Assembly: GCA_964489875.1 (NCBI GenBank)
Contig: CAZAZW010000002.1
Coordinates: forward strand, 64,503 to 128,502
Reading direction: 5' to 3'
Length of the DNA: 64,000 nt
From: an uncultured Gammaproteobacteria bacterium
GTDB taxonomy: Bacteria > Patescibacteriota > Microgenomatia > Daviesbacterales > UBA10151
Positions 62,366 through 64,000 of this stretch are shown one piece after another; within the stretch, counting starts at the first letter, position 1; each line of letters opens with the position of its first letter. The notes under the pieces are model-generated. The model ran no database searches. It had not been told where the DNA came from and worked only from the letters and a program-made list of their open reading frames with translations. Made by a program: the position numbers and the translations under genes.

Positions 62366-63034
62366 ATGACAAGTCTGCAGAAAAAATTATTCTTCTTGGC
62401 ACTTTTTTCTATCGTTGGTTTTATTACCCTGCAGATTCCTTTCAATAAAATCATGGGCTCAAGTGTGTCTTTTACTCTTTTTGACTTTTTTGCTCCAATG
62501 GCAGGAGGATTTTTGGGGCCGGTTTTTGGAGTAGCGTCCGTGTTCACAGTAGAGGTAATTAATTTACTTGTAAAACAAACTCCCCTGACTACAGGATCTG
62601 TTATCAGGCTGTTTCCAACTCTTTTTGCAGTTTTATACTTCGCCCTGGCTTCAAAGAAAAATTTTACCGGAAAATGGTTCCTAGCTATCCCTATGCTTTG
62701 TATCATAGCTTTTATTGTCCACCCAATAGGCAGGCAGGTGCCTTATTATGCCCTAATGTTTTGGTCCATACCGGTAATTGCTTATTTTAAAAAAGACAAT
62801 CTGTTTATTAAAAGCCTGGGATCGACCTTTACCGCTCATGCAGTAGGCGGAGCCCTCTGGATTTGGGCCTTTAATTTACCGGCAGCGGTCTGGAACGGAC
62901 TTATCCCGGTAGTGATTACAGAAAGACTCCTTTTTGCCACAGGCATTGCAGTTTCATACGTTGTAGTGAAACACACCCTTGAATTTCTCACTGCTAAGAA
63001 AATCCTTCCAAAGCTCGATATTGTCACCTCTTAA
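62366..63034 (+). CDS. ECF-transporter S-component-like membrane protein (substrate unknown, possibly flavin-related given its neighbour).
   Basis: Six hydrophobic helices, ~220 aa, Gly-rich 'FFAPMAGGFLGPVFG'. Confidence 0.4.
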   Translation: MTSLQKKLFFLALFSIVGFITLQIPFNKIMGSSVSFTLFDFFAPMAGGFLGPVFGVASVFTVEVINLLVKQTPLTTGSVIRLFPTLFAVLYFALASKKNFTGKWFLAIPMLCIIAFIVHPIGRQVPYYALMFWSIPVIAYFKKDNLFIKSLGSTFTAHAVGGALWIWAFNLPAAVWNGLIPVVITERLLFATGIAVSYVVVKHTLEFLTAKKILPKLDIVTS

Positions 63035-63670
63035 ATGGTTTATCCAAACCTAAGGTTTCCTAAACGCACAAATAGACCCTTTTTCTATACCAACTTTGTT
63101 TCTACCGTTGACGGTAAGGTCCAAGTCTTAAAAAACACTAGAGACTATTGGCCAATAGGGAGTAAAGCCGACTATCAATTACTCTTGGAACTTCGAGCTC
63201 ATGCAGATTGCTTAATTCATGGAAAGAATCTGGCTCAGCAATTTGGAGAAACTACTCTAAAAAGCCTGGAAAACTCAGCATTTAAAAAAATGCGGAAGCA
63301 GATGGGAAAACAGCCTGCTTTACCATATTATATTATTTCTCACCGTCCCGGGGCTTTGGCAGATCTTGAACCAAGAGCAACCATTGTTTCTTCTGATCTA
63401 GCAATACTTGCCAAAAAGCTACATAAAGCCGGTCTTAGGAATGTGCTGGTTGAAGGCGGTCCACACCTTTTAACTTCATTTCTAAAGATCAATTTTATCG
63501 ATGAAATATTTTTAACAATTACCCCAAGAATTTTCGGCAATGCGCTGGGAAGCACCTTAACCTTGGTGGAAGGCTATTTATTCCCAAAAAATGCCATTAT
63601 AAATTTAAGCCTTTTGTCGGTTAAAAAGCTGGAATCCGAACTATTCTTGCATTACAAGGTAGTTGGGTAA
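63035..63670 (+). CDS. RibD C-terminal-domain (DHFR-like) reductase.
   Basis: 'VLVEGGPHLLTSFLKINFIDEIFLTITPRIFG' matches the RibD_C 'hhVEGG..L..F...LhDEh.L.h.P.h.G' pattern. Confidence 0.65.
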   Translation: MVYPNLRFPKRTNRPFFYTNFVSTVDGKVQVLKNTRDYWPIGSKADYQLLLELRAHADCLIHGKNLAQQFGETTLKSLENSAFKKMRKQMGKQPALPYYIISHRPGALADLEPRATIVSSDLAILAKKLHKAGLRNVLVEGGPHLLTSFLKINFIDEIFLTITPRIFGNALGSTLTLVEGYLFPKNAIINLSLLSVKKLESELFLHYKVVG

Positions 63671-63673
63671 AAT

Positions 63674-63934
63674 TTAGCGGTCTTCTCGAGGACGAGCAAT
63701 GTTAACAACGATCTTACGACCTTCAACATCTGTGCCGTTTAAGTTTTTGACTGCGTTTTGAGCCTCTTCATCAGAAGACATCTCAACGAAACCAAATCCT
63801 CTGGATCTGCCTGTTTCACGGTCCTTAACAACCTGTGCGCTGACAACAGTACCTGCTTGAGCAAAAAGCTGAGCAAGCCCGGCATCGTCAATAGCCCAAG
63901 GTAGCGAACCTACGAACAATTTTTTGTTATTCAA
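63674..63934 (-). CDS. RRM-type RNA-binding protein.
   Basis: RNP-2 'LFVGSL' and RNP-1 'RGFGFVEM'. Confidence 0.8.
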   Translation of the reverse strand: MNNKKLFVGSLPWAIDDAGLAQLFAQAGTVVSAQVVKDRETGRSRGFGFVEMSSDEEAQNAVKNLNGTDVEGRKIVVNIARPREDR

Positions 63935-64000
63935 AAAAATTCACCTCCTTTTTTGTTTATTTGTGAAGGTGAATTACTGTATAAACACTAAACACACTCT

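Overview
The window is a low-GC (~40%) stretch of bacterial chromosome, dense with genes on both strands. It has no CRISPR array, rRNA or intact mobile element. The gene content (housekeeping genes with many small hypothetical, membrane or secreted proteins, a compact uvrC, an oxidative pentose-phosphate cluster, fhs, sortase-anchored giant adhesins, RRM and UPF0489 proteins) fits a reduced-genome, possibly Patescibacteria/CPR-like, organism; this is inference only.

Content I can support, in order:
- A sortase locus: a 5'-truncated giant LPXTG repeat adhesin, a second LPXTG protein, a sortase, and a tandem-LuxR-HTH regulator.
- A ~4.5 kb accessory patch (8.5-13 kb) with a Doc toxin plus a missed small antitoxin ORF, a Rad52/Sak-like annealing protein with a high-GC neighbour, two membrane-anchored proteins and a metzincin.
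- A nucleotide-excision-repair cluster uvrB-uvrA-(HAD)-(transglutaminase-like)-uvrC, with odd in-frame GAGTC-rich repeats inside the genes.
- secG, corA, typA and a pentose-phosphate/sugar-phosphate cluster (ROK glucokinase, HAD, gnd-like, 2H phosphoesterase, IMPase, zwf, SIS-type pgi).
- A MacAB-like efflux operon preceded by a highly structured intergenic element.
- gmk, a DEAD-box helicase, NUDIX, GH5-like hydrolase, dinB, pyk, UXS, fhs, SIMPL, an ECF-S-like protein plus RibD-C reductase, an RRM protein, and 7 tRNAs (Lys, Arg x2, His, Gly, Pro, Leu).

The most novel candidate is a translationally coupled pair at 44.5-47.0 kb. It encodes a HAD-phosphatase domain fused to a CDP-alcohol-phosphatidyltransferase-motif membrane domain, followed by a Tam41/MMP37-like nucleotidyltransferase. 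Together these look like a compact 'mitochondrial-type' CDP-DAG/anionic-phospholipid module.

All protein family calls are motif-level readings of the ORF translations; no database search was run.
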